From a bacterium (GTDB lineage Bacteria; UBA8248), in the NCBI GenBank assembly GCA_963692865.2, contig OY843592.1, positions 2,432,001 through 2,496,000 on the forward strand: a stretch of DNA of 64,000 bases, read 5' to 3'. The notes beneath the pieces were generated by a model. It saw only the letters and a list, made by a program, of their open reading frames with translations. It ran no database searches and was not told the origin of the DNA. Of this stretch, positions 9,941-19,333 are shown piece after piece; positions within the stretch are counted from its first letter, which is position 1, and every line of letters begins with the position of its first letter. Made by a program: the position numbers and the translations under genes.

Positions 9941-10690
9941 ATGCCCGTAACCGTTGATGGCGCGAGGCCGAGGGCGTGGGAGGAGCAGGTCAAGAATTTC
10001 GTCAGAAAACGCTACGCCCATCTGGCGGAGGCGCATGCGTTCCCCGAAGGAGGAGCGGAGAGGGCGCGGGAGGCGGGCTATCCCGCCCGCTTTATCGACG
10101 GACTTCCCGAGCGGGTTGCGAGTTCTTATTGCGGGTGTGGATATCTGATCGAGGGAGTCGATCTCAGCGGTGTGCGGACGGCCGTGGAGCTCGGGTGCGG
10201 CGCAGGGCTGGACGCGCGCCTCGTGAGCGAGAGACTCGATGCGGGCGCGAGCCTATTCGCGCTGGATTTCGCGCCCCAGATGCTTTATCGCGCGCGCGAG
10301 GCGTTCGAGGGAGTCCACCGAGGCGCGCGGCCCCATCTCCTGGCCGGAGATATGGAGAAGATTCCTTTCGCGGACGGCATCGCCGATATCGTGCTGGCCA
10401 ACGCCTCGTTCAACCTCACGGTGGACAAGGCAAAAGCGCTTGCCGAGGCGCACAGGATATTGAAGCCGGGCGGGCGTTTCGTGGCCCGCGAACTGATACG
10501 CGAGGGCGAATTGCCCGTCGAGATCGCCCAGGATCCCCAGGCGTGGAACGCCTCGCTCGGCGGCGTTTGCAAACAGGCCGAATGGGAATCCCTTCTGATG
10601 GACGCCGGTTTCGACGAAGTGGAAATTTCCGGTCACGCGCCGTTCCGCCCTGTGGTTTCGGTTCGCATCCATGCCCGAAGGGTTTGTTGA
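9941..10690 (+). CDS. SAM-dependent methyltransferase, ArsM-like
   Basis: ELGCGAG motif I, YCGCG, RILKPGG. Confidence 0.75.
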   Translation: MPVTVDGARPRAWEEQVKNFVRKRYAHLAEAHAFPEGGAERAREAGYPARFIDGLPERVASSYCGCGYLIEGVDLSGVRTAVELGCGAGLDARLVSERLDAGASLFALDFAPQMLYRAREAFEGVHRGARPHLLAGDMEKIPFADGIADIVLANASFNLTVDKAKALAEAHRILKPGGRFVARELIREGELPVEIAQDPQAWNASLGGVCKQAEWESLLMDAGFDEVEISGHAPFRPVVSVRIHARRVC

Positions 10691-10855
10691 AAAAGCCCTT
10701 GCGGGTTGGAGCAAACCACTCCCCCCTCAAGGGGGGAGTGGTTCTTCTTCCTTCATCAGTCGCCGACGCCCCTCAAGTGGAGGAACCAAATCATAAGCGT
10801 ATCCCGATTAAGAAATTCATTTCCTGTGTTTTGCGGGCACTTTTTCAATAACCCC
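10680..10855. mobile_element. MITE-like shell with terminal inverted repeats and an internal CTCCCCCCTCAAGGGGGGAG hairpin
   Basis: GGGTTTGTTGAAAAAG (10680-10695) and CTTTTTCAATAACCCC (10840-10855); hairpin 10714-10743. Confidence 0.7.
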
Positions 10856-10868
10856 GAGGAGAAGTAGA

Positions 10869-11966
10869 TTGAGTGAATCCTCCGCCGACGCCCTCACGCA
10901 AGAGGCGCTCTCGAACTGGTACGTGCGCCTCCTGGCGAACGGCGTCTCCTACATGGACGCTTCGGAAGTCATCCCCAGGGTGAGTTCCTGGCGTGAATGG
11001 TGCCGACTCTGGATGGAGCGCGCAGCCGTCCGCGAGCATGAAGCCCGAGAGATGGAGGAAGCGGGCAGAAAATTGAGCGCCGCCGAGGCCTATGTGCGGG
11101 CCTCTCTCGCCTATCATTTCGCCCAGTTCGTCTACCATGAGGATATCGAACTCAAGACGGAGGCGCAAAAGAGGAAGGTGGCGGCCTACCTTTGCGGCGC
11201 GCCACATCTGGAACCACCCGCCGAGCGGGTCGAAATCCCCTGGTCTGGCGGAAGAATCCTGCCGGGCATCCTGCGAATCCCGGAACGGGCGAAGGGGGCG
11301 GGCGGCGCGCCGTGCGTCGTCCTGGTCGCGGGCCTTGATTCCACGAAAGAGGAATTCTATACGCTCGAAGCAGTTTTCCACGCTCGCGGGATGGCGACTT
11401 TCGCCTTCGACGGCCCCGCCCAGGGGGAGAATGCGGACATTCAATTGCGTCCCGATTTCGAGGGCGTAGTCTCGGTCGTCATGGATCATCTGGTGGAAGA
11501 TGCGCGGCTGGACTCATCCCGCATCGGGGCCCTGGGGGTGAGCCTGGGCGGCTACTACGCGCCCCGCAGCCTCGCCCTGGAACCGCGCCTCAAGGCCGGG
11601 GTAGGCGTTTGCGGACCATACGACATGGGGGAGATATGGGAGGGCTTGCCCGCGCTGACCCGCCAGGGAGTCTGCGTCTCCTTTCAAACGGACGATGAGG
11701 AAAAAGGCGCGCTCAAATCGCAAGAAATTTCCCTGCGCGGGTGTCTGAGGGGGCTGGACAGGCCCTTGCTGCTCATACACGGCGCGAAAGACAGGCTTTG
11801 CCCGGTAGAACAGGCCCACAAGATAGCGGCGGAGGCGGGCGATGCGTGCGAACTCGTCGTCTACGAAGAAGGTGTCCACGTGTGCAACAACATTCCTTTC
11901 CTGTGGCGGCCCCTCGCGGCGGATTGGCTTGCCAGCAAACTGGGTGTGAAGAACCGGGGAAGTTGA
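10869..11966 (+). CDS. Alpha/beta hydrolase (2,6-dihydroxypseudooxynicotine hydrolase/FrsA-like)
   Basis: GLDSTKEE, GVSLGG nucleophile elbow, EGVHVCNN. Confidence 0.75.
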   Translation: MSESSADALTQEALSNWYVRLLANGVSYMDASEVIPRVSSWREWCRLWMERAAVREHEAREMEEAGRKLSAAEAYVRASLAYHFAQFVYHEDIELKTEAQKRKVAAYLCGAPHLEPPAERVEIPWSGGRILPGILRIPERAKGAGGAPCVVLVAGLDSTKEEFYTLEAVFHARGMATFAFDGPAQGENADIQLRPDFEGVVSVVMDHLVEDARLDSSRIGALGVSLGGYYAPRSLALEPRLKAGVGVCGPYDMGEIWEGLPALTRQGVCVSFQTDDEEKGALKSQEISLRGCLRGLDRPLLLIHGAKDRLCPVEQAHKIAAEAGDACELVVYEEGVHVCNNIPFLWRPLAADWLASKLGVKNRGS

Positions 11967-11985
11967 ACGTGATCCCGGCCGCCTC

Positions 11986-12013
11986 TTGACTCTCAATGTC
12001 AGTCAGGTAAACT
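11986..12013 (+). promoter_or_regulatory. Sigma70-like promoter for tRNA-Gly
   Basis: TTGACT-16 bp-TAAACT ending 13 nt before the tRNA. Confidence 0.55.
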
Positions 12014-12026
12014 TTTTCGGCTGTAT

Positions 12027-12101
12027 GCGGGAATAGCTCAGTGGTAGAGCACAACGTTGCCAACGTTGGGGTCGCGGGTTCAAATCCCGTTTCCCGCTCC
12101 A
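12027..12101 (+). tRNA. tRNA-Gly (GCC)
   Basis: GCGGGAA acceptor stem, AGCTCAGTGGTAGAGC D arm, CAACG-TTGCCAA-CGTTG anticodon arm, GGTTCAAATCC T arm, encoded CCA. Confidence 0.97.
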
Positions 12102-12115
12102 ATATCCATCACCTG

Positions 12116-12146
12116 GCGGGGAGCGCTCATGCGGTCCCCGCTATTT
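12116..12146. terminator. Hairpin terminator between tRNA and convergent NIPSNAP gene
   Basis: GCGGGGA...TCCCCGC stem followed by TATTT. Confidence 0.5.
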
Positions 12147-12770
12147 CATGGGCGAATACGCCACCGGATACCAGATTTCCGAACTTTCGCTCCGCAGATA
12201 AGGCTTGTAGCCGCTCTCCCAGCCGGGGAGGTTCGCGGCTTCTCTCTGTACGTCAGCCCAGTGGTTCATGTCCCGGTAGGGCCAGATGTGCAAAAACTCG
12301 TTCAGGATGCCGGATTCGAACTCTCCCGCCGGGTTGGCGAACGCAGCCGCCAAGGGCGAGAGGCGCTCCCTCTCGGGCAGGTTCTTTTCCCACGCCGCGC
12401 TGATGTCGCGCATCTTTCCCGTTACCATCACGTCGCTCCTGATTTCGTACACGCCCCCCATCTCTCCCGTCCGCGGTTTGGGGCAAAACGGCGCCGCCCG
12501 CATGATGCGCGTCTGCTGATATAGGATTTTCTCCACCTTGAGCGGGGGCCACCACGGCTGGGCGAGGGCTTCCGCGCGCGCCGCTTCCCTGTGGGCGGAG
12601 TTCTCGTATTCCCAGATGTGTAGAATCCGGTTCAGCCCACCGATGGCGGATATGAAAAAACCGATGCACGGGGATATGGCGGCACGCTTTTCAATTATTT
12701 TGCCGAAATCCTCCACGCCTTCCGGGGCATATCCGGCAGTGAACGTGTATGCGCGAACTTCGTAGATCAT
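12141..12770 (-). CDS. NIPSNAP family protein (two domains)
   Basis: MIYEVRAY...LNRILHIWEY repeated as VYEIRSD...LNEFLHIWPY; ends YSPMK. Confidence 0.85.
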   Translation of the reverse strand: MIYEVRAYTFTAGYAPEGVEDFGKIIEKRAAISPCIGFFISAIGGLNRILHIWEYENSAHREAARAEALAQPWWPPLKVEKILYQQTRIMRAAPFCPKPRTGEMGGVYEIRSDVMVTGKMRDISAAWEKNLPERERLSPLAAAFANPAGEFESGILNEFLHIWPYRDMNHWADVQREAANLPGWESGYKPYLRSESSEIWYPVAYSPMK

Positions 12771-12968
12771 TGGGCATGGACTCCAGGTTATCGTGCGCAG
12801 GCTCCCTCGCAATAGACGTCGGAAAATAACCTCACAGTACGAGTTAGTGGAATATAGAAAACCAATATACTTGACGCGCACTATTCCGTGAAGCATGTTG
12901 TTTCGTTGTGCATACAAGCTTGAGATGTCTCTAAAGCCCTGCGAGCGCTCAAGAGAGAGGGAAGCACG

Positions 12969-13394
12969 GTGAGCGACGATACTCCGCGCTGGCGATACCG
13001 ATTCGACAACTACAAGCGCGCGTTTTCCCTGCTGCGCGAAGCCATCGAAATGATGGAGGATAGAGAACCGAGCCAGCTTGAAAAAGAAGGGATCATCCAG
13101 CGGTTCGAATATACTACCGAACTCGCCTGGAATCTCATGAAGGATTATCTGGAGAGTGAAAACTTCGTCTTCGAGCAAGTGACGCCCAGAGCCGTCATAC
13201 GCAAGGCCTTCGAGGCGAATTTGCTGGCGGATGGGCAGACGTGGATGGACGTGCTGGATGCGCGCAACAAAATGTCGCACAACTACGATCTGAAAAGTTT
13301 CGAGGCCGTCATCGAAGCAATCCGGAATCACTACCTTCGCGCATTCGACGCTTTGCATACAACATTTCTGGGGAAAAGTGGGGATCGGTCTTGA
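12969..13394 (+). CDS. HI0074-family HEPN protein (HepT-like toxin)
   Basis: GIIQRFEYTTELAW and RNKMSHNY (Rx4HxY). Confidence 0.85.
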   Translation: MSDDTPRWRYRFDNYKRAFSLLREAIEMMEDREPSQLEKEGIIQRFEYTTELAWNLMKDYLESENFVFEQVTPRAVIRKAFEANLLADGQTWMDVLDARNKMSHNYDLKSFEAVIEAIRNHYLRAFDALHTTFLGKSGDRS

Positions 13395-13738
13395 ATCACG
13401 GACTCTCGGATCGTCAGCTCACGGTTTTGAAGCAAATTCTTTCGCTCTTCGCTGATGAGATCACCTCGGTCGATCTGTTCGGTTCACGGGCCACGGGCGA
13501 CTACCGCCCGAATTCGGATGTCGACCTGGTATTGAGAGGCGGCATCGAGGAAAAGCAGATCGATCGGCTGTGTACCCTGTTCCAGGAGAGCAATCTGCCG
13601 TTCAGCGTGGACGTGAAAAGCTATGAACTGACGACCTATCCACCGCTCAGAGCGCACATGGACAAGGTCTGCAAAACCCTCTTCACTCAGCAGGACCTCA
13701 AGACAGTGACTCGAAAGTCCGAGGCGTCGGGAGTCTAG
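13391..13738 (+). CDS. Minimal nucleotidyltransferase (HI0073/MntA-like antitoxin)
   Basis: FGSRATGDYRPNSDVD (GSx10DxD); TTG start overlapping the HEPN stop. Confidence 0.85.
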   Translation: MNHGLSDRQLTVLKQILSLFADEITSVDLFGSRATGDYRPNSDVDLVLRGGIEEKQIDRLCTLFQESNLPFSVDVKSYELTTYPPLRAHMDKVCKTLFTQQDLKTVTRKSEASGV

Positions 13739-13808
13739 GGGGAGACGAGAGCAACGGCCTACGTATTCTTTTCACTCATCAATCATTCTTGCGCAATCGG
13801 AGGGCACA

Positions 13809-14570
13809 ATGGACAGGGCGGTATGGGCGATCATCTATGATCTGCCAGAGGAAGGGCGGGAGGAATACATGGAGTGGTTTCACGGGGTGCACATTCCCGA
13901 AAAACTCGCTCGTCCGGGATACGTCTGGGCGGCGCACTATGAGGTGAAACACCCGGGAAAACGCTTCGAGGAAATAGCGGCGCGCCTGAACCGCACCGAT
14001 GACCCCGATCTCGCATCGGGCGCCGGATTCATTGCGCTCTTCGGCGGGGAGAGCACCCGCGTTTTCTACGACCCCAGTCCGGCGCAATTAAAAAAGCGCC
14101 AAAACGCCGAAACTCAGCATATGGTGGGGATGCGGGTTCAGGCGAGAGGCCTCATCCTTTGCGAAGAATGGCGTGTGGAAGGCCCGGATGCGGACAAGAG
14201 GGAAGCGCCCGACGTCATGGCGCCCGCCATCCAGATGGGCCGCTACGATGCGCAGGGCAACGATGAGGACCTTCAGGCCTGGTACGCCCAGGAGCGCATG
14301 GCGCGGGTCGCGGATACGCCCGGCTGCATCGGCGCGAGAAAATATCTGGTGGCCACGGCTTCGCCCAAGCATTCCGTGTTGTATGAGTACACATCTTTGG
14401 AGGCGCGGGAGGAAAACTACATCGCGCTCGAGGAGACCGAGGGGACGAAGCGCGTGCACGGGTATCTGCTCCATCCCCCCGGCTCGCCCCTGGCGGCAAG
14501 CCGCATCTGGCCGCCGCAGGATGGAAGTCCCTGGCCGAGGAAACGGCATATTTATCGGAAGAGCGAATGA
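13809..14570 (+). CDS. Hypothetical protein with duplicated EthD-like dimeric alpha/beta barrel
   Basis: EWFHGVHIPEKLARPG repeated as AWYAQERMARVADTPG; GGAGG RBS. Confidence 0.6.
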   Translation: MDRAVWAIIYDLPEEGREEYMEWFHGVHIPEKLARPGYVWAAHYEVKHPGKRFEEIAARLNRTDDPDLASGAGFIALFGGESTRVFYDPSPAQLKKRQNAETQHMVGMRVQARGLILCEEWRVEGPDADKREAPDVMAPAIQMGRYDAQGNDEDLQAWYAQERMARVADTPGCIGARKYLVATASPKHSVLYEYTSLEAREENYIALEETEGTKRVHGYLLHPPGSPLAASRIWPPQDGSPWPRKRHIYRKSE

Positions 14571-14578
14571 GCGCCATT

Positions 14579-14695
14579 TTAGGGGCCGTGCACAAGAACG
14601 GCCCCTACAGGGCGGTGCGGCTTTGTTCGTCATTCCGGCGGTGGCCAATTCCGACCGAGGATGACTTTTTCAACAACCCCTTCATGGGGGTTGTA
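14579..14695. repeat. Truncated composite repeat: GTAG REP, CGTC REP remnant and MITE right end
   Basis: AGGGGCCGT...ACGGCCCCTAC hairpin; TTCGTCATTCCGGCG fused to the conserved tail ending TTTTTCAACAACCCC. Confidence 0.7.
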
Positions 14696-14813
14696 AATTT
14701 TCTTTTCCTGTAGTTCGCGGGAATGGCGCCGCTTTTGCTTAAGCCCGGCCTGCGGCTTTTCCTCCCGCTTTCCGCTATAATTTCCGCAAATCCACGTTTC
14801 GAGGGTTGCGCGC

Positions 14814-15656
14814 ATGATGGGTAAATCGGTCGGGATTTGGCTGCTCGTTTTCGTCCTGCTGGCGGGGATTGTTGCGGAGATGGCCCACGCCGCCTCCCCG
14901 AAAATGGGCAAGGGCGGGTACGCAGGGATGATCCTAATCCCGGCAGGTCCCTTCACGATGGGGAGAAACGACGGCCCCGATGAGGAAAAACCCGCGCACC
15001 GCGTGTTTCTTCCCTCCTATTACATCGACCAAAACCTGGTGACCTGGGCGGATTATCTTCCCTTCATTCAGGCCAAGGGTCCTGCGGGTCCGCAAGGGGA
15101 GATGTACCTCGACACGGACGACCCCGACGCCAAGATCGTCCAGCAAGGCGACGCCTGGGTCGTCGAGAAGGGTTTCGACAAATTCCCGGCGAGCGAGATG
15201 GCCTGGAGCGGCGCCCTGGCCTATTGCCGCTGGAAGAGGAAGAAACTGCCCACCGAGGCGCAATGGGAAAAGGCGGCGCGCGGAACGGATGGCCGCCTCT
15301 ACCCATGGGGAAATCAGAAGCCAACTTCCGAATACCTGCTTCTTGGGGATTTCAGGGGCCAGACGGCGCCTGTGGGAAGCTATTCCAGAGGCGCGAGCCC
15401 GTACGGGGTAAACGACATGGCGGGGCAGGTGTGGGAGTGGACGGCTTCGCTGGCGATGCCCTATCCCTACAAGCCCAGGGACGGGCGCGAGAGCTTGAGC
15501 GCAGTGGATGCGCGCGTCGCGCGGGGCGGCAATTCGGCGAGTGCGCCCGACGGCATGATGACGACGAGCCGCGAAGTCGTAATGCCCGGCAGGCAAGCGA
15601 CGGGGCATGGCTACTTAGGCTTCAGATGCGCCGCGGAACCTCCTCACTCGACTTGA
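14814..15656 (+). CDS. Secreted FGE-sulfatase (SUMF1-like) domain protein
   Basis: Signal peptide, IPAGPFTMG, LPTEAQWEKAARG, DMAGQVWEW, GFRCA. Confidence 0.85.
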   Translation: MMGKSVGIWLLVFVLLAGIVAEMAHAASPKMGKGGYAGMILIPAGPFTMGRNDGPDEEKPAHRVFLPSYYIDQNLVTWADYLPFIQAKGPAGPQGEMYLDTDDPDAKIVQQGDAWVVEKGFDKFPASEMAWSGALAYCRWKRKKLPTEAQWEKAARGTDGRLYPWGNQKPTSEYLLLGDFRGQTAPVGSYSRGASPYGVNDMAGQVWEWTASLAMPYPYKPRDGRESLSAVDARVARGGNSASAPDGMMTTSREVVMPGRQATGHGYLGFRCAAEPPHST

Positions 15657-15710
15657 TGCGAAATGGGTGATTCTTCTTGCCGAAGCAGTTTCTTCCGCAG
15701 GCAAGCAGCC

Positions 15711-16442
15711 TCACCAAAGCGCGCGGGTGAGGGCGCTCAGCGAGCATTGCTGGCGTCCCCCGCCGTCGAAATTAGCAGGCGACAACCAGCGTTCGTGCGC
15801 CTCGCGGACGGCGGGCCATTCCTCCTGCGTGAGGGAGAACCAGGCGGTGTCGCGGCTGCGTCCCTTGACGATCATGTGATTCAGGAAGATGCCCTCGTAG
15901 CGAAAACCCAGGCGCAGGGCCGCGGAGCGAGAGGCCGCGTTCAGGGCGTCGCATTTCCATTCCAGGCGGCGGTAGCCCAGGGTATCGAGAGCGTGGCGCA
16001 TCTGGAGCGATAGCACTTCCGTGGTTCGCGCGCCGCGCTGCCAGTCGCGCCCGAACCAGATGTGGCCGATCTCGGCGACACCGGCGGCGGGCCGGATCTC
16101 CATGAAGCTGCCCATGCCGCCGAGGCGGCCCGTGGCGTTGTCGCGGTAGACGACGAACACCGGGTCCGGGGAGACTTGGCGCTCCAGGAGCATGGCGCGC
16201 ACCTCCTCCTCATTCGAGAAGGGACCCACGCTCATGTAATCGAATATCCGGTCTGTGTCTTCGCCTTCGGTCGCAACCCGGAATATATCAGCCGTGTCGC
16301 GCTCGGCATCGACCGGCTCGAGAGAAGTCCTGGGGCCTGAGATGATGACGCCCGAGAAACCCTCCCAGCGGCGCGGGGTGACCCGGGCGCCGCCGACGGG
16401 GCGTCTGTTCGCAGCGCTGGCCAACTCATCTTTTGTAGCCAT
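15711..16442 (-). CDS. GNAT N-acetyltransferase (RimJ/RimL-like)
   Basis: LGYRRLEWKCDALNAASRSAALRLGFRYEG, KGRSRDTAWFS. Confidence 0.85.
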   Translation of the reverse strand: MATKDELASAANRRPVGGARVTPRRWEGFSGVIISGPRTSLEPVDAERDTADIFRVATEGEDTDRIFDYMSVGPFSNEEEVRAMLLERQVSPDPVFVVYRDNATGRLGGMGSFMEIRPAAGVAEIGHIWFGRDWQRGARTTEVLSLQMRHALDTLGYRRLEWKCDALNAASRSAALRLGFRYEGIFLNHMIVKGRSRDTAWFSLTQEEWPAVREAHERWLSPANFDGGGRQQCSLSALTRALW

Positions 16443-16877
16443 GAAAAGCCCTTTTATCTCTGAAATACGATAAATGGATATGAATTCGCCGCCCGGCCTC
16501 GCTTCGCCGACCTGAAAAATTTGGTGGAATGATTGCCAATGTGCTAGTATTCCTGCCCTACCGGATCAATCTCCGCAGGCTGGCAAAAGAAGCCAAAAGC
16601 ATAGTTGGCGGAGTGGGTTATAGCAACCCTGACGGTGACGATGGGTTCGTCGTTTCCCCTAAGGGCCTGCCAGGGACCGACCCGGCCGGAACGAATGGGG
16701 AATGTGTTTCAGACCGCTGTTATCTCTACATGGCCGGGACGCAGGTATCGATTGAGCGTGTCTCGGACAACGAAGCGGGAAACTTCCTCCGCCGGATCGA
16801 GAACCTCTTCCATGAAGCATTGAGTCACGCAGGCGCCGATCGTTTCCGTCACGGCGACACCCGGGAAAGGGTATTCC

Positions 16878-18155
16878 ATGGAAGTGAACCTCACCGTCAT
16901 TCTGATCGCGGCGGTCTGCTCCGGCCTCTACATGGCCTGGGGGATAGGCGCCAACGACGTTGCGAATTCGATGGGAACGTCGGTCGGGTCGGGGGCCATC
17001 ACCGTAGGCACCGCCATCGTGATCGCGGGCGTATTCGAATTTCTCGGGGCCTTTCTGGCTGGCGGCGAAGTGACCTCGACGATACGCAAGGGCATCATCG
17101 ACGCGGATGCGCTCGGGCAGGATTCGGACCTGCTCGTCATCGGCATGTTGTCGGCGCTCCTGGCGGCCGCCGTCTGGCTAACGGTCGCCTCCCGATTCGG
17201 CTGGCCCGTCTCGACCACGCACTCGATAGTCGGCGCGATCATCGGGTTCGCGGTGGTGGCGGTCGGGTTCGAGGCCGTCCGCTGGTGGGGCGTGGCGAAG
17301 ATCGTCGCGAGCTGGGTCGTCACCCCCGTCATCGCCGGCGCGATCTCGTTCCTGCTGGTTCTGAGCGTGCAGCGGCTGATCTTCAATAAGGACGATCCCG
17401 CCGTCTACGCGCGCCGTTATGTGCCGGCCTACATCTTCGCCGCGGTGTTCATCACCTCGGTCGTGACGTTCGTCAAGGGCCTGAAGCACGTCGGTCTCGA
17501 TCTGGGCACACCCATGGCGGTCCTCTATTCGTTGCTGCTGGCCGCCGTCATCGCGTGCGCCGGTCGCGTCGTCATCAATCGCATGAGCTTCGAGGGCGGC
17601 GACTCTCACTCGGGGGGAGGGTCGCGCTATATCAACGTCGAGCGGGCGTTCGGCGTCCTGATGATCATCACCGCGTCGGGCATGGCGTTCGCCCACGGCT
17701 CCAACGACGTAGCCAACGCCATCGGGCCGCTGGCCGCTATCGTCGGCGTGGTGACGACCGGCGCGGTCGCCTCGAAGTCGGCGGTTCCACCCTGGCTCCT
17801 GCTGGTCGGGGCCGTCGGCATCGTCGTCGGCCTGGCGACGTTCGGGTACCGGGTGATGGCGACAATCGGGAGAAAGATCACGGAGCTTACGCCGAGCCGC
17901 GGGTTCGCCGCCGAATTCGCCGCCGCATCGACGGTGGTGGTGGCGAGCGGTACGGGACTGCCGGTCTCGACGACGCAGACGCTCGTGGGCGCGGTGATCG
18001 GAGTCGGGCTCGCGCGTGGCGTGGGCGCCCTCGACTTCGGCGTGGTGCGCACGATCTTCGTGTCCTGGATCGTGACGCTTCCCGCCGGGGCCGCGCTCGC
18101 GGTGCTGTTCTACTCCATCCTGAGCCTGACCTTGACAGGGAGCGCCGGGCCATGA
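16878..18155 (+). CDS. PiT family inorganic phosphate transporter
   Basis: GANDVAN and GSNDVAN signatures, PVSTTH/PVSTTQ. Confidence 0.92.
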   Translation: MEVNLTVILIAAVCSGLYMAWGIGANDVANSMGTSVGSGAITVGTAIVIAGVFEFLGAFLAGGEVTSTIRKGIIDADALGQDSDLLVIGMLSALLAAAVWLTVASRFGWPVSTTHSIVGAIIGFAVVAVGFEAVRWWGVAKIVASWVVTPVIAGAISFLLVLSVQRLIFNKDDPAVYARRYVPAYIFAAVFITSVVTFVKGLKHVGLDLGTPMAVLYSLLLAAVIACAGRVVINRMSFEGGDSHSGGGSRYINVERAFGVLMIITASGMAFAHGSNDVANAIGPLAAIVGVVTTGAVASKSAVPPWLLLVGAVGIVVGLATFGYRVMATIGRKITELTPSRGFAAEFAAASTVVVASGTGLPVSTTQTLVGAVIGVGLARGVGALDFGVVRTIFVSWIVTLPAGAALAVLFYSILSLTLTGSAGP

Positions 18156-18793
18156 GATTCGCCGAAGAATTCCTGCTCCTGCTCCGCGCCGAGGACGGAA
18201 CGCTATCGAGGGCGGCGGAATGGCTGGCGCGGGCCGCGCTCGGCGCAGCGGTTTTGATGGATCTCGCACTCGAAAACCGCATCGACACCGACCCCGACGG
18301 GTTGTTCCTCACCGATTCGACGCCGCTCGGCGACCCTTTGCTCGATCCGATGCTCGCCGAGATTGCGCGGGAAAAAGCGACCCATAACGCCCTCTACTGG
18401 GTGGATCACGCCACCCGGCACGCCGACGAAATCCGCGAAACCGCACTGGAGCGGCTGATCGGGAACGGGGTCCTCGAACTGAAGGATGACCGCTTCCTGT
18501 GGATATTCGGGACGAAACGCTATCTGGTCGTGGACGGGAAGATCGAACGTGAGTTGGTGGAACGGATCAGAACGGTGCTGTTGAGTGAGGTGATTCCCGA
18601 CCCTGAGGATATCGTCATCATCACCCTCGCGGACGGCTGCGGCTTGCTCGGCCCACTCTTCACCCAGGACGAACTGGCTCGGGCCGCGCCGCGGATCGAA
18701 CTGGTGCGGATGATGGACCTGATCGGGCGGGCGTTCCTGGCCGCGATGGACGTGGCCGTCCAGCCCGCTGCGGGCAAACTTGATCAGGATTGA
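18152..18793 (+). CDS. GPP34/GOLPH3 family protein
   Basis: MRFAEEFLLLL, GAAVLMDLALENRI, GDPLLD, FLWIFGTKRY; ATGA overlap with PiT. Confidence 0.75.
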   Translation: MRFAEEFLLLLRAEDGTLSRAAEWLARAALGAAVLMDLALENRIDTDPDGLFLTDSTPLGDPLLDPMLAEIAREKATHNALYWVDHATRHADEIRETALERLIGNGVLELKDDRFLWIFGTKRYLVVDGKIERELVERIRTVLLSEVIPDPEDIVIITLADGCGLLGPLFTQDELARAAPRIELVRMMDLIGRAFLAAMDVAVQPAAGKLDQD

Positions 18794-19333
18794 TCCCGCC
18801 AACCCCCGGATAATTCGGTTTGCCATGCAGGATTGGCCCGTTGGTTCGTCGTCAACCTGGCGTCCGCCATCCAACCTGCGGTTCGGCAGGCGGGGTTCCA
18901 GCGGACGGACGGAGAGAAGTGGAGATTCCTGTCCGGCCCTTCGTTCAGGCATTGTCCCAGAACTTCTCTTGTCCATGAGCCAGATCCCGACAGGCCAGAA
19001 ACCTTGGCGAAGCAGCCGAAGGAACGGATCAGCCATTGCGGACGGGACTTTAGGGCAGGCTGTGTAACGGTTCGTCAGGGACCAGCCGGGATGCGCGGAA
19101 ACCTTGGCGAACATGCTTTCAATTTGATGATATGTTGCGGAAGATAAACTCCGAGCGAGATTTGAAATTCCGTATATTCATGACGATAAGATGACAGGAT
19201 TTCATGGGGGACTATAACGGTTTGATTCATCTGGAATTCGATAAAAACAGATAAATTCACGAGGTTTAGCGATAAATTACATCAATCGAGAAAATATCAA
19301 GCAATACTTTAATTGCCCTACGTAAATATCTGT

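Noticed and set aside
10688-10690. Sec readthrough after Cys-TGA in the methyltransferase
   Set aside because: The TGA lies within a MITE terminal repeat and the downstream sequence is non-coding repeat.
16529-16877. Possible gene upstream of PiT
   Set aside because: No recognisable motif, and the frame runs on as a shadow of PiT.
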